This document shows positions 49,619-59,777 of a stretch of 64,000 bases of DNA, one piece after another. Location of the stretch: positions 309,309 to 373,308 of the forward strand of contig CAVRUC010000010.1 of the NCBI GenBank assembly GCA_963724295.1, written 5' to 3'. Under the pieces are notes generated by a model. It saw only the letters and a list, made by a program, of their open reading frames with translations. It was not told the DNA's origin and ran no database searches. Source of the stretch: an uncultured Chloroflexia bacterium (lineage in GTDB: Bacteria; Chloroflexota; Chloroflexia; Thermomicrobiales; UBA6265). Position 1 is the first letter of the stretch. Each line of letters opens with the position of its first letter. The position numbers were made by a program, and so were the translations under genes.

Positions 49619-52323
49619 CCACCGCCGCTCCGGTTCGCACGCTCGCGCCGCAGCCGCCTCCGCCCGGTCCTCTGTCGCCGTCCTCCCGGCGCGGCGATGG
49701 CCTGGCGCTGACCGTTCTGGCGGGTATCACGGCCCTTGTGGCGTGGAACCGCCTCGCCTTTGATTCCTGGCTGACCCGTTTCGACCTCTTCACCTTCTTC
49801 CTGCCCTGGTACACGTTCCTCGGCGAGCGCCTGCGCGATGTCGCCATCCCTGGCTGGAATCCGCACCTCTTCAGCGGCACCCCCTTTGCCGGGGATCCGG
49901 AGTCGGGCTGGATGTATCTGCCTGCCATGCTCTTCTTCTCGCTCCTCGGGCCCCTGGCCGCGTTCAAGGGCATGGTGGCGTTCCAGCTTGCCGTCGCCGC
50001 GCTTTCGACCTACGTCTTCGCTCGCGTCCTTGGTATGGGCGCGATGGCAAGCCTGGTCGCGGCCGTCGTCTACCTCACCGGTCCCTTCCTCCACTGGAAC
50101 ACGTACTGCTGTCTCATCTTCGGGCAGTTCGCCGCCTGGATCCCGCTCGCGCTGCTGGGCATCGAGCTGTCGCTACGCGCCGCTCGCTGGCGGGATCGCA
50201 TCGCGGCGTGGTTCCTGGGCGGCTTCGCGATCAGCCAGATGCTCGCCGGCTGGGTCGGGGAAGGATGGCTCTACGCGATGCTGCTCCCGGCGGCCTACAT
50301 CGGCTACCGGACGCTCCTCTCGCCGGCAGAACGGGCGACGTGGCCATCGTCCCTACGACCGGGTGTAGCCGATACGTTTTCTGAACGCATGCTCGCCGGT
50401 TTCGTCACCGCCGTGATCACCGGGATCGGCGTGCTCGGATCCGGGCTAGCGCTGGGCGCGGCTGGGATGTTGCCGCGCTACACCGTCAATGCGGAGACGA
50501 ATCTCGCCGGTGGCGACTACGCCGCGCTCGGCGAAGCGGGGGTGCTCAACCCGCCGTGGACGCCGGACTATTTGCTCGCCCAGACGGTGGGGGTGGGCAG
50601 CGACTATCACTTCCGGGCGGCGTCCCTGGGTGGCGCGGTCGTGATCCTCGCCCTGTTGGCATTGCCGATGGCACGACAGCGGTTCGCTGTCCCCTTCTTC
50701 GCCGTGCTGACCCTCGTCGCCACGATCCTGACCCTCGATACCACACCGCTACACCAACTCTTCTACCTGATTCCGCGCTACCGGGAGTTCCACGACCATG
50801 ACGCCTGGCGAACCATGGCCCTGGCCGCCATCGGCCCCGCCATGCTCAGCGGCGCGGCGATCGAATCGCTGCCGCGATGGAGAGGACGGCGCGACCTGTT
50901 GCCGATCATCTTCGTGCCGCTCCTGTTCGTGGTGGCCGCGGCCGTCGTGCTCTGGCAGGCGGGGCGAGCGATTGGCTGGCAGCCCCTCGTCGCCGCGACG
51001 CTGACGACAGGGCTGATCGCGGTCGCCGTGGCCTTTCCACTCCGGGGCTCCGCGACAGCGAAGAGAACGCAGCCCCCACGTACAAACGTCGTGTCATCCC
51101 GAGGAACGACGGATCTCGTCGTTCCGTCGCGCACCGACGACCAGCAGCGAGAATCTCATTATTCAGCTGCAACCAGATCGATTGCAGATCGACGCGATGC
51201 CGTCGCCACGTTGATCCCGATCCTGATCCTCGCGGTCGCCTTCGTGTTCCCCACCGGGCTGGAGCTCACCGGATCGTGGCTGGGTTGGCCCCCACACCAG
51301 AGATGGGAGCGACTTTGGCGACCCAACCCCGCGGAGGAAGCCGCGCTCGTCCAGGATGTCCGCCGCACGGATCCCAGCGGCGCCGGCAGGTTCCTGAAGG
51401 CGCGGCTCGAATCCTCCGGTCCATTCCGCTACGCCGGCTACGGCGGATACGGGTACCCGGGCGATATGGTGCGCCGGGAGAGCTACATGGAGCGGCGCTT
51501 CGACCCGGCCATCAGCGCGTTGCTGGTCAACGGGCGCTCCATCTATCTCGGCCTCTACGACATCCAGGGGTACAACCCGCTCCATCTCTCACGTTATGAC
51601 GAGTTCATGGCCGCGCTGAACGATGCGCGGCAGGACTATCACACCGCCTTTCTGCTCCCCGCTGGTCTGAGCTCTCCGCTGCTCGACCTCCTCGACGTTC
51701 GCTACATCGTGCAGGACGCGGAGCTGCCACCCGCTCGGAGCGATATCCGGGCCTTGAGGGCCGAGACGCGGGCGGTGTTCAGCTCGCCGTGGGTGATCGT
51801 CCACGAGCGCGACTCGGCGCCGCCTCACGCCTGGATCGTGCACGATGTGCGACCCGTCACCCGTGGCGATGCCCTGCCCCTCTTGACCAGTGGCGCGGTT
51901 GATCCCTATCAGACCGCGCTCGTCGAGGGAGCTCCTCCCGTCACCGCCGCGCCGGACGACTCCGCGGCCGAGTCAGCACGCGTCATCGCCTACGAACCGG
52001 ACCGGATGGCGATCGCCACGCAAGCCGCCGCCCCCGGGCTGCTCGTCGTCAGCGAGATCTACGAATCGGGGTGGCGGGCCTATGTCGACGGCGACGAGGT
52101 CGAGATTCTGCCCACCCATCACGCGTTGCGGGGTGTGCCGATTCCTGCCGGCGAGCACACCGTCGAAATGCGTTACGACCCGCTCTCGCTGCGACTGGGA
52201 CTCTGGATCAGCGGTATCGCAACGGTGATGATGGTGGTGGGCTTCGCCATCGCCGGCTGGTCATGGCTGAGTGGACGAAACCGCCGGGTGAGACGAGGCT
52301 GGATTCCCGCATCCGACGGATGA
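49615..52323 (+). CDS. YfhO-family membrane protein (GT-C)
   Basis: PGWNPHLFSGTPF, GYNPL, GWRAYVDG, RGVPIPAGEH. Confidence 0.88.
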   Translation: MTTAAPVRTLAPQPPPPGPLSPSSRRGDGLALTVLAGITALVAWNRLAFDSWLTRFDLFTFFLPWYTFLGERLRDVAIPGWNPHLFSGTPFAGDPESGWMYLPAMLFFSLLGPLAAFKGMVAFQLAVAALSTYVFARVLGMGAMASLVAAVVYLTGPFLHWNTYCCLIFGQFAAWIPLALLGIELSLRAARWRDRIAAWFLGGFAISQMLAGWVGEGWLYAMLLPAAYIGYRTLLSPAERATWPSSLRPGVADTFSERMLAGFVTAVITGIGVLGSGLALGAAGMLPRYTVNAETNLAGGDYAALGEAGVLNPPWTPDYLLAQTVGVGSDYHFRAASLGGAVVILALLALPMARQRFAVPFFAVLTLVATILTLDTTPLHQLFYLIPRYREFHDHDAWRTMALAAIGPAMLSGAAIESLPRWRGRRDLLPIIFVPLLFVVAAAVVLWQAGRAIGWQPLVAATLTTGLIAVAVAFPLRGSATAKRTQPPRTNVVSSRGTTDLVVPSRTDDQQRESHYSAATRSIADRRDAVATLIPILILAVAFVFPTGLELTGSWLGWPPHQRWERLWRPNPAEEAALVQDVRRTDPSGAGRFLKARLESSGPFRYAGYGGYGYPGDMVRRESYMERRFDPAISALLVNGRSIYLGLYDIQGYNPLHLSRYDEFMAALNDARQDYHTAFLLPAGLSSPLLDLLDVRYIVQDAELPPARSDIRALRAETRAVFSSPWVIVHERDSAPPHAWIVHDVRPVTRGDALPLLTSGAVDPYQTALVEGAPPVTAAPDDSAAESARVIAYEPDRMAIATQAAAPGLLVVSEIYESGWRAYVDGDEVEILPTHHALRGVPIPAGEHTVEMRYDPLSLRLGLWISGIATVMMVVGFAIAGWSWLSGRNRRVRRGWIPASDG

Positions 52324-52352
52324 CGCGAGTAACGAGGCGCAAGGAGAACGCG

Positions 52353-53528
52353 GTGCTGCCGTTCGAGCGAGCGGAATACCTGGAGCGGATCGCCGCTGTG
52401 AAGCGCCGCATGGACGCGGCCGGGATTGACGTCCTGCTCGTCAGCGATCCCACCAACATGAATTACCTCACCGGCTACGACGCGACCTCCTACTACGTCC
52501 ATCAGATGGTTGCCCTGAGCCTGGATGCCGAGGAGCCACTCTGGATCGGTCGGCAGATGGACGTCGCCTGCGCGCGCTTCACGACGTTCCTCCAGGGAGA
52601 AAACCTGAGCGGCTATCCGGAGAGCTACATCGGCGTCCCGGACCGGCACGCTATGGAGTTCGTGGCACTGGAGCTGAAGCAGCGGGGCTGGGATCAGGGC
52701 CGGATCGGGGTCGAGATGGACGCCCATTTCTTCACCGCGCGCTGTTACCAGGAGCTGCGCACCCATCTTCCCGACGCCGATTTCGCCGACGCCAGTCTGC
52801 TGGTGAACTGGGTGCGGATCGTGAAATCACCGCGAGAGATCGCCTACATGCGCCAGGCCGGGGTGATCGCCGAGCAGGCGATGAACGTCGCCATCGAGAA
52901 GATCGAGGTCGGCGTCCGCCAATGCGACGTGGCGGCGGCGATCTACGCGGCTACGGTCGGCGGCACGGCGGAGTTCGGTGGCGACATGCCCGAGGCGCCG
53001 TGGATGCCGAGCGGGGAGCGGACCTCGGCCCCGCACCTCACCTGGACCGACGAGCGGTACCGAGCCGGTGAAGCGACGAACGTCGAGCTGAGCGGCGTCC
53101 GGCATCGCTACACCGCCGCGCTGGCGCGGACGGTCATCCTGGGCGCTCCGGCACCGAAGCTGCAGGCGATGATCCCCGTCGCCATCGAGGGTCTCAACAC
53201 GGCGCTGGACCGGGCGCGCTCCGGCGTCACCTGCCACGATGTGGAAGCCGCGTGGCGTGGGGTCGCCGCGGCCCATGGCATCGAGAAGTCGTCTCGCATC
53301 GGCTATTCGATCGGTATCGGCTACCCCGGTCCGAGCTGGAACGAGCGCACGGCCAGCCTGCAACCCGGAAACACCACCGTTCTCGAACCGAACATGACTT
53401 TCCACATGATCATCGGTCTCTGGATGGACGATTGGGGTTTCGAGCTGAGCGAGACCTTCCGCGTGACCGACGATGGAGCGCCGGAGGTGTTCTCACACGT
53501 GCCGCGGGAGGTGTTTGTGAAGGGGTAG
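52353..53528 (+). CDS. M24 family peptidase, ectoine hydrolase DoeA/EutD-like
   Basis: DPTNMNYLTGYD..SYYVHQ, VNWVRIVKS..EI, APHLTW, GYSIGIGYP, SET. Confidence 0.8.
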   Translation: MLPFERAEYLERIAAVKRRMDAAGIDVLLVSDPTNMNYLTGYDATSYYVHQMVALSLDAEEPLWIGRQMDVACARFTTFLQGENLSGYPESYIGVPDRHAMEFVALELKQRGWDQGRIGVEMDAHFFTARCYQELRTHLPDADFADASLLVNWVRIVKSPREIAYMRQAGVIAEQAMNVAIEKIEVGVRQCDVAAAIYAATVGGTAEFGGDMPEAPWMPSGERTSAPHLTWTDERYRAGEATNVELSGVRHRYTAALARTVILGAPAPKLQAMIPVAIEGLNTALDRARSGVTCHDVEAAWRGVAAAHGIEKSSRIGYSIGIGYPGPSWNERTASLQPGNTTVLEPNMTFHMIIGLWMDDWGFELSETFRVTDDGAPEVFSHVPREVFVKG

Positions 53529-53660
53529 ACGAGGGTGATGGGTGATGGGTGGCAGGGTGTCGGGGTCACAGGGTGGCAGGGTGACAGGGAGAACGACGCC
53601 CGATCCCCTGTCACCCTGCCACCACGAGCGCATCGAGTACTCACCCATCACTCCCCATCG
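53529..53660. repeat. 8-nt-periodic palindromic repeat (family A) overlapping the rhaB 3' end
   Basis: GGGTGRCA arms; CCACGAGCGCATCGAGTACTCACCC. Confidence 0.8.
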
Positions 53661-55125
53661 ACCCGAGTGCCTGGAAGCGCTGAAACGCCTCGTCCCATCC
53701 TTCCCTCGCGTGCGGTTCGAAGGTCCGGATGGGGAACGACTCCCGCACCAGGGCACGTCCTTCGCGGACGCTGCCAATGCGGCCGGAAGCCATGAGCTGT
53801 CCGAGCAGATTGCCGATCGCGGTCGCTTCGGTCGGACCACTCCACACCGGACGGCCGATGGCGTCGGCGGTGAACTGCAGCAGGGCGTCGTTCCGGGTGC
53901 CTCCGCCGACCACGTGCAATCCAGGGAAGCGATAGCCGGTGAGAGCCTCTGTCTGCTCTAACGCCAGGCGATAGGCCAGGGCCAGGCTCTCCAGCACACA
54001 GCGCATCACGCTTCCGGCTGCTTGCACGTCCGGCGCTGGCTGGCCCGTTGCCGTGCAGAAGGCGGCAATGGCCTCCGGCATGTCGACCGGGTTCAGAAAC
54101 GAGGGGTCGTTGGGATCGATCACGGCCTGGAACGCGGGCGCCTCGAGCGTCGCCGCCGCGATCGCCTCATACCCCGGCCAGCGCCCCTGCCACTCCCAGG
54201 CACGCCGGCAACCTTCCACCAGCCAGAGCCCGGTGATGTTTCGCAACAGCCGGTAGGTGCCTTCGATGCCACCTTCGTTGGCGAAGTTCCAGGCCAACGC
54301 GCGCTCGTCGACAATCGGTCGCTCCAGCTCTGTCCCCAGCAGGGACCAGGTGCCGCTGCTGAGGAAGGCGAAGCGCCCGTCCGCCGGCACCGCGGCGACC
54401 GCGGAGGCCGTGTCGTGACCGGCCACGGCCGGAACCGGGACCGCCGCGCAGCCGATCTCGGCGGCCACCTCCGGCAGGAGACGACCGGCGGGCGTTGCCG
54501 GGGCCACGACCGGCGTCAGGAGACTGGTTGGCAGCCCCAGGCGCTCGAGCAGCGCCCGATCCCAGTCGCGGGTCGCGATGTTCAGAAATTGGGTGGTCGA
54601 AGCGATGGTCGCCTCGGTCATCGCCTCCCCCGTCAGGAAGCAGCGAACGAGGTCCGGGATCAGCAGCAGCGTCGCCGCGCGCTCGAGCGTATCGGCCCGC
54701 GCCTTGCGCAGAGCATAGAGCTGGTAGAGCGTATTGATCGGCATGAACTGGCAACCGGTACGAGCGAAGATCTCGGTGCGGGGGACGATCCGGAGGACCT
54801 CCTCCATCGCGCCCCGCGCCAGCTCGTCGCGGTAGTGAAGGGGATTGCCGACCAGCTCCCCGTGGCGATCGAGCAGCCCGAAGTCACAGCCCCAGGCGTC
54901 GACGCCGAAACTCTCGATCTCCCCCAGCCCGGCCGTGCCGGCCGCGGCGATCCCCTGCTTGATCTCGTGCAGCAACCGCAAAACGTCCCAGTGGAGGCGA
55001 CCAGATACGCGGACGGGATCGTTGCCAAAGCGGTGAATCTCGTGGACGTGCAGACGCCGCCCGTCGAACCGGCCGGCAACAGCCTTGCCGCTACTCCCAC
55101 CCAGGTCGAAGGCGAGGGCGATCAT
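53641..55125 (-). CDS. rhaB: rhamnulokinase (FGGY family)
   Basis: DLGGSSG, GVDAWGCDF, INTLYQL, GHDTASA, SSGTWSL, NITGLW, EATAIGN. Confidence 0.9.
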   Translation of the reverse strand: MIALAFDLGGSSGKAVAGRFDGRRLHVHEIHRFGNDPVRVSGRLHWDVLRLLHEIKQGIAAAGTAGLGEIESFGVDAWGCDFGLLDRHGELVGNPLHYRDELARGAMEEVLRIVPRTEIFARTGCQFMPINTLYQLYALRKARADTLERAATLLLIPDLVRCFLTGEAMTEATIASTTQFLNIATRDWDRALLERLGLPTSLLTPVVAPATPAGRLLPEVAAEIGCAAVPVPAVAGHDTASAVAAVPADGRFAFLSSGTWSLLGTELERPIVDERALAWNFANEGGIEGTYRLLRNITGLWLVEGCRRAWEWQGRWPGYEAIAAATLEAPAFQAVIDPNDPSFLNPVDMPEAIAAFCTATGQPAPDVQAAGSVMRCVLESLALAYRLALEQTEALTGYRFPGLHVVGGGTRNDALLQFTADAIGRPVWSGPTEATAIGNLLGQLMASGRIGSVREGRALVRESFPIRTFEPHAREGWDEAFQRFQALGSMGSDG

Positions 55126-55139
55126 CGGTGTCCCAGGAC

Positions 55140-55352
55140 TCAGTGCTCGCGCGCCCGGTCATACCCGTACAGGGGCGTGTGCAGGTGAAAGACGCCCTGC
55201 CGGTGCAGCCGCTGATGAAGCCGGTTATGATCGCTCTCCGAGGTGGCACGAAGCTGCTTGTTGCGTTGCACCTCGGAGCGCGGGGCGAGCGTATCGACAT
55301 AGGCGATGGCGCCCTCGATCTGTTCCAGCTCGGCCATGGCATTGGCCTCCAC
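55140..55352 (-). CDS. small hypothetical protein or gene remnant upstream of rhaB
   Basis: 70-aa ORF; GGAGG precedes an internal ATG. Confidence 0.4.
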   Translation of the reverse strand: MEANAMAELEQIEGAIAYVDTLAPRSEVQRNKQLRATSESDHNRLHQRLHRQGVFHLHTPLYGYDRAREH

Positions 55353-55521
55353 GAATAGGGGTTTGTCGACGACGATCTGACCGATTCCTTGTCTCTTCCA
55401 GCATGTCAGTCAAGCGCCGCCTGATTCGTGGCACAGGCGCTCGACACGGCGACGACGACCCTGATTTCAGACGTTCCGGCATTCTATCCGGCATGTTGCA
55501 CGCACGCCCCTCTTTGATACT

Positions 55522-55625
55522 CCTCATCCCCAACCCTTCTCCGCTCGGAGCGGGGAGAAGGGAGAACGCGCGGCAGAGCAGCGAGCCCCTCTCCCAGTGC
55601 ACTGGGAGAGGGGTTGGGGTGAGGG
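55522..55625. repeat. inverted pair of family B REP-like palindromes
   Basis: CCTCATCCCCAACCCTTCTCC...GGAGAAGGG followed by an inverted copy of the 19505 element. Confidence 0.85.
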
Positions 55626-55705
55626 CGAGTATTGGATCAAGGCCGTTTGGGGAGATGACTAGCGCATTGCTATAGTCGGACGGCATTCGTCCGGTGAGGG
55701 AACTC

Positions 55706-56996
55706 ATGACGATCGATGGCGGCGATCTCGGCCGCGGCCTGCTAACCCACCTGGAGTGCACCAGCTGCGGCGCGACGTACCCGTCCGACCGCCTGATGAC
55801 GACCTGTCCCGCCTGCGCCAGAGTGCTCTTTGCCCGGTACGACCTCGATGCCGCGGCGAGCCGGATGACACCGGAGTCCCTGGCCACGCGCCGGTGGGAT
55901 CTGCGGCGGTACGCCGAGATCCTGCCCATCCAGGAGCCCCGGTTAGCGCCATCGCTCGGCGAGGGCGGAACTCCCCTGCATGAAGCGCCCCGGCTGGCCC
56001 GCACCTTCGGTTACGAGCGCCTGCTGATCAAGGACGAGGGACTCAATCCGACCGGGAGCTTCAAGGCCCGCGGTCTGGCCATGGCCGTCGCACGCGTCCA
56101 GGAGCTGGGAGCGACGACGGTGGCCATCCCGTCGGCCGGCAACGCAGCCGCGGCTATGGCCGCCTACGCGGCGCGGGCAGGGATGCGAGCGGTCGTGGCT
56201 ATGCCAAGCGATGTTCCGCCGACGATGAAAGCGGAGTGCCTCGCCTACGGGGCGCACGTCCTCCTTGTCGACGGGCTGATCGACGACTGCGCCAAGGTGA
56301 TCCGGGCCGGAGCCGCAGCCTACGGCTGGTGCGATGTCTCCACCCTGCGCGAGCCGTATCGCGCCGAAGGCAAGAAGACGATGGGGCTGGAGATCGCCGA
56401 GCAGCTTGGCTGGCGTTTGCCCGATGCCCTCATCTATCCGACAGGCGGCGGCACCGGCATCGTCGGCATGTGGAAAGCGTTTGCCGAACTGGAGACGATG
56501 GGTCTCATCGGCCCGGAGCGACCAAAGATGATCGCCGTCCAGGCGACGGGGTGCGCCCCCATCGTGCGCGCCTTCGCCTCCGGCGCCAACCATGCCGAGC
56601 GATGGGCCGAACGCCGAGACGATCGCCGCTGGCCTGCGCGTGCCGGCGGCGATCGGCGACTACTTGATTCTGGAAGCGATCCGCGAAAGTGGCGGGACGG
56701 CAATTACCGTGACCGATGACGAGATGCTGGAGGGAATGACTCTGGCCGCCGAGCGAGAGGGACTCTTCGTCTCGCCGGAATCGGGCGCGGCCGTCATCGC
56801 CACCCGCACGTTGCGCGACAGCGGGTTCCTGCGCGCGGACGACCTGACCGTGATCTTCGCTACCGGCTCCGGGCTGATGCACGTCGATCTGGTTGACCGT
56901 TCGGTTGCCGCGATCGACCCGAACGCGCCCGATCTGTTGGCTGAGATCTCTCCCGTGCTGCCGTTTTCGGAGTTGTCAGATCCGGTCAGGAATTGA
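55706..56996 (+). CDS. thrC: threonine synthase with one +1 frameshift near 56606
   Basis: NPTGSFKARG, SAGNA, EGKKTMG, PTGGG; the C-terminus (TIAAGLRVP, PESG, TGSG) is in the next frame. Confidence 0.85.
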
Positions 56997-57038
56997 TAGG
57001 AGAGCAACGATCAGCACGCGTGCTGATCGAGAACAGGT

Positions 57039-57395
57039 CTACACAGCCGCCGCGTCTCCACCAGACCAACCGATAGTCAGCAGGAACGCCCCGTCCTCCA
57101 GGGCGCGGACGGCGTGACGAACACCACCCTCGACAGAGATCAGCGTGCCGGCCACGATTTCCCGGTCGTCGTCTCCAGCCGTGAAGACAAATCGGCCCCG
57201 GATCGGCTGCACGGTGATCGTTCCGGGGGCGACGTGCTCGTGCAGCTCGGTACCGGCCCGCATCGTGATCAGGACTACCCGCAGACGCGGCGTCTTGATC
57301 AACGTTTCCGATCGCCGGCCAATGGGCACATCCGGCGGGAATCGCTCGATCTCCGCGTTCAGGTCGAATTGCGCAATGTTCTCCTGCGTCGCCAT
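57039..57395 (-). CDS. cupin domain protein
   Basis: LHEHVAPG, VRHAVRALED.AFLLT. Confidence 0.88.
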   Translation of the reverse strand: MATQENIAQFDLNAEIERFPPDVPIGRRSETLIKTPRLRVVLITMRAGTELHEHVAPGTITVQPIRGRFVFTAGDDDREIVAGTLISVEGGVRHAVRALEDGAFLLTIGWSGGDAAAV

Positions 57396-57424
57396 ATCTC
57401 TCCCCTGAGTCAACCCCTTTGAAG

Positions 57425-58549
57425 TCATCCTCCGAGCACGGCGCCGAACAGGCGGCCGATGCCGAACGTGATGGCCGCTGCCACGACGCCGAAGAGCACC
57501 TGGCGCAGACCCGAGAGCAGCGCGTTGCGGCCGGTGATGATCGTGATCGCGGCGCCAATCGCAAAGAGCCCGATAACGCTGAGGATCAGGCTCGCCAGCA
57601 GCGCCGTAGTTCCCTCGGCAAAAAAATACGGCAGGACGGGGATGATCGCCCCGGCCGAGAAGAGGAGAAAGGATGTGAACGCAGCCACCCAGGCCGAGCC
57701 TCCTAGCTCGTCCGGATCGACCCCCAACTCCTCCCGCGCTAGTGTGTCCAGCGCCGCCTGTGGATCCTGTACGAGCCGTTGTCCCAGTTCGCGAGCCTGA
57801 TCGGCGGGGAGACCCTTCGCCTGGTAGATCAGCGCCAGCTCCTCGGCTTCTTCTTCCGGCGCGGCCAGGAGTTCGTCACGCTCGATGCCGATCTGATGCT
57901 CGAAGAGCTCCCGGGCGCTCTGCACGGAGAGCCATTCGCCGAGCGCCATCGACAGCGAGCCGGCCAGCAGCCCGGCCAGGCCGGTGATCAGGATCGATTG
58001 TCCGGCCAATTCAGCTCCGGCCACCCCCATCACGAGACTGGCGTTGGAGACCAGCCCGTCATTGGCGCCCAGAACCGCTGCGCGCAGGGCATTGCCATCC
58101 CCTGAGCGATGCCGACCTTCCAGGCGGGCTACCGCTCCACCTGATAATCCCGCCGTCCGCGCGCCAATCGCCTGAAAGAGTCGGGCGTGGGAGCGCTCGT
58201 CGTCGGCCATTCCCGCCGCACGTGCCTCAGGTTGGCCCTGGTACCGTTCGCTGTCAGCCCGCTCGCGCTGCGTCACGGTCGGCAGGATGAATCCCGGCCC
58301 GAAGCGTCCTGCCAGCGAGATGAGCATCCGCGTGCGCCAGCCCGGTTGGGTGGGAACCACGGTCACCCCGGCCTCGCGTAGCTTGGCCCGCCAGATATCG
58401 GCGTGCCGCTCTTCGGCCTTGGCCATGTGGGTGTAGACAGTAGCGAGCTCGGACCCGGCTTCGATCCTGGCCAGCGCCCGATAGAGGGCGGCGCCATCCA
58501 ATTCGGCCTGGAGGTTATCGACGAAGCGTCGCCGATCCGCATCCTCCAT
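57425..58549 (-). CDS. rubrerythrin-like + VIT1/CCC1 transporter fusion
   Basis: N-terminal ELDG..LY, EERH, ERSH; LRAAVLGANDGLVS, SMALGEW. Confidence 0.9.
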   Translation of the reverse strand: MEDADRRRFVDNLQAELDGAALYRALARIEAGSELATVYTHMAKAEERHADIWRAKLREAGVTVVPTQPGWRTRMLISLAGRFGPGFILPTVTQRERADSERYQGQPEARAAGMADDERSHARLFQAIGARTAGLSGGAVARLEGRHRSGDGNALRAAVLGANDGLVSNASLVMGVAGAELAGQSILITGLAGLLAGSLSMALGEWLSVQSARELFEHQIGIERDELLAAPEEEAEELALIYQAKGLPADQARELGQRLVQDPQAALDTLAREELGVDPDELGGSAWVAAFTSFLLFSAGAIIPVLPYFFAEGTTALLASLILSVIGLFAIGAAITIITGRNALLSGLRQVLFGVVAAAITFGIGRLFGAVLGG

Positions 58550-58577
58550 CGCAGTTCGCTCCCACGGTTGACCGGCT

Positions 58578-59696
58578 CTATTCCGCTTGCAGCAGCGCCA
58601 CCGCCCCGTGTGCGGCATGCCCGAACGCGTGGTTCACCGCCGGGTAGATACCCGGCTCCTCGAGGGTGAACTCGAAGCAAGCGCCGTCGCCGGGTCCGAC
58701 CGTCCAGGACTGCAGACCGAAGAGCTCGTTGCGGGGATTGGCGTTGACGCAGACCCGGTCGAAGATCGCGCCGACGACGTGGAACGTGCTGTAGGCGTTC
58801 GGCCCGGCGTTGACGAGGAAGATCCGGATCGGCTCGCCGGCCTTCACCATAATGGGATTGTCGACGTACTGGTTGGCGTAGCCGTTGAAGACCACGTAGT
58901 CCATGGCGCCGTTGCCCATCATCTTCGTGTAGTCGGGCACCTTGATGCCGTTCTCACCGTCCATGAGGTAGAAGTCGCTCTGGACGAAGACCAGCTCCTG
59001 AGCCTCGGGCCAACCATCCTTGGGATCAACGATCATCGCGCCGTACATCCCCGTGCCGATGTGCATCAACACGGGCGGCGTGCCGCAGTGGTACATGAAG
59101 GCGCCCGGGTACTTGGGCGCGAAGCTCCAGGAGAACTCTTCACCCGGCAGGATCGTCTTGTAGTTCACATCTGGTGGCGTCTGAGCCGAGTGGAAGTCCA
59201 ACGAGTGGGCCGTGAGGGCGTTGGGATCGATGACCAGAGTGAAGGCGATCTCGTCCCCTTCTACCACCCGCAACGTCCGACCTGGCACCGTGCCGTCGAA
59301 GGTCCAGGCCGCGTATGGCGCGTCCTTGGCGATGTAGAGGGACGCGTCCTTGGCAACGACCGTGATCTCCTTCGGTCCCGCTTCCACCGGCGCCAGGACC
59401 GGGTCGTAGCGCGTGAATGGCTGGACCTGCGCCGGAACGGGACTCTCGTCGCCGGTGCTTGGGCTTTGCGGATCGGAACCGACATAGCCGGACTCCGGCG
59501 TCCCCTCCATGTCGTGCTCGTCCTGCGCGTCCGCGGTCTGGGCTTGCAGTCCAAGCCCACCGAGCACCGGCATTGCCAAACCAAGCCCCGCCGCACGCCT
59601 GAAGAACGCGCGACGATCGCTCAGTCCGGCCGCGAGCGTCCTGGCCGCCTCCTGCGCGCTGACCGCGGGGCCGCCTGGGAACTGATATGAGCTCAT
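58578..59696 (-). CDS. nirK: copper-containing nitrite reductase, Tat-exported
   Basis: RRAFF Tat motif; HSLDFH, YHCGTPPVLMHIGTGM, STFHVVG, VNH. Confidence 0.8.
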   Translation of the reverse strand: MSSYQFPGGPAVSAQEAARTLAAGLSDRRAFFRRAAGLGLAMPVLGGLGLQAQTADAQDEHDMEGTPESGYVGSDPQSPSTGDESPVPAQVQPFTRYDPVLAPVEAGPKEITVVAKDASLYIAKDAPYAAWTFDGTVPGRTLRVVEGDEIAFTLVIDPNALTAHSLDFHSAQTPPDVNYKTILPGEEFSWSFAPKYPGAFMYHCGTPPVLMHIGTGMYGAMIVDPKDGWPEAQELVFVQSDFYLMDGENGIKVPDYTKMMGNGAMDYVVFNGYANQYVDNPIMVKAGEPIRIFLVNAGPNAYSTFHVVGAIFDRVCVNANPRNELFGLQSWTVGPGDGACFEFTLEEPGIYPAVNHAFGHAAHGAVALLQAE

Positions 59697-59741
59697 ACCG
59701 CAAAACCCTCCTGGCGGGGCGACCCCGCCCATTCACTGTGT

Positions 59742-59771
59742 ATCCGGTCAGGCAACTTCACCTGACCGGAT
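59742..59771. terminator. intercistronic hairpin
   Basis: ATCCGGTCAGG-N8-CCTGACCGGAT. Confidence 0.5.
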
Positions 59772-59777
59772 GCTTCG

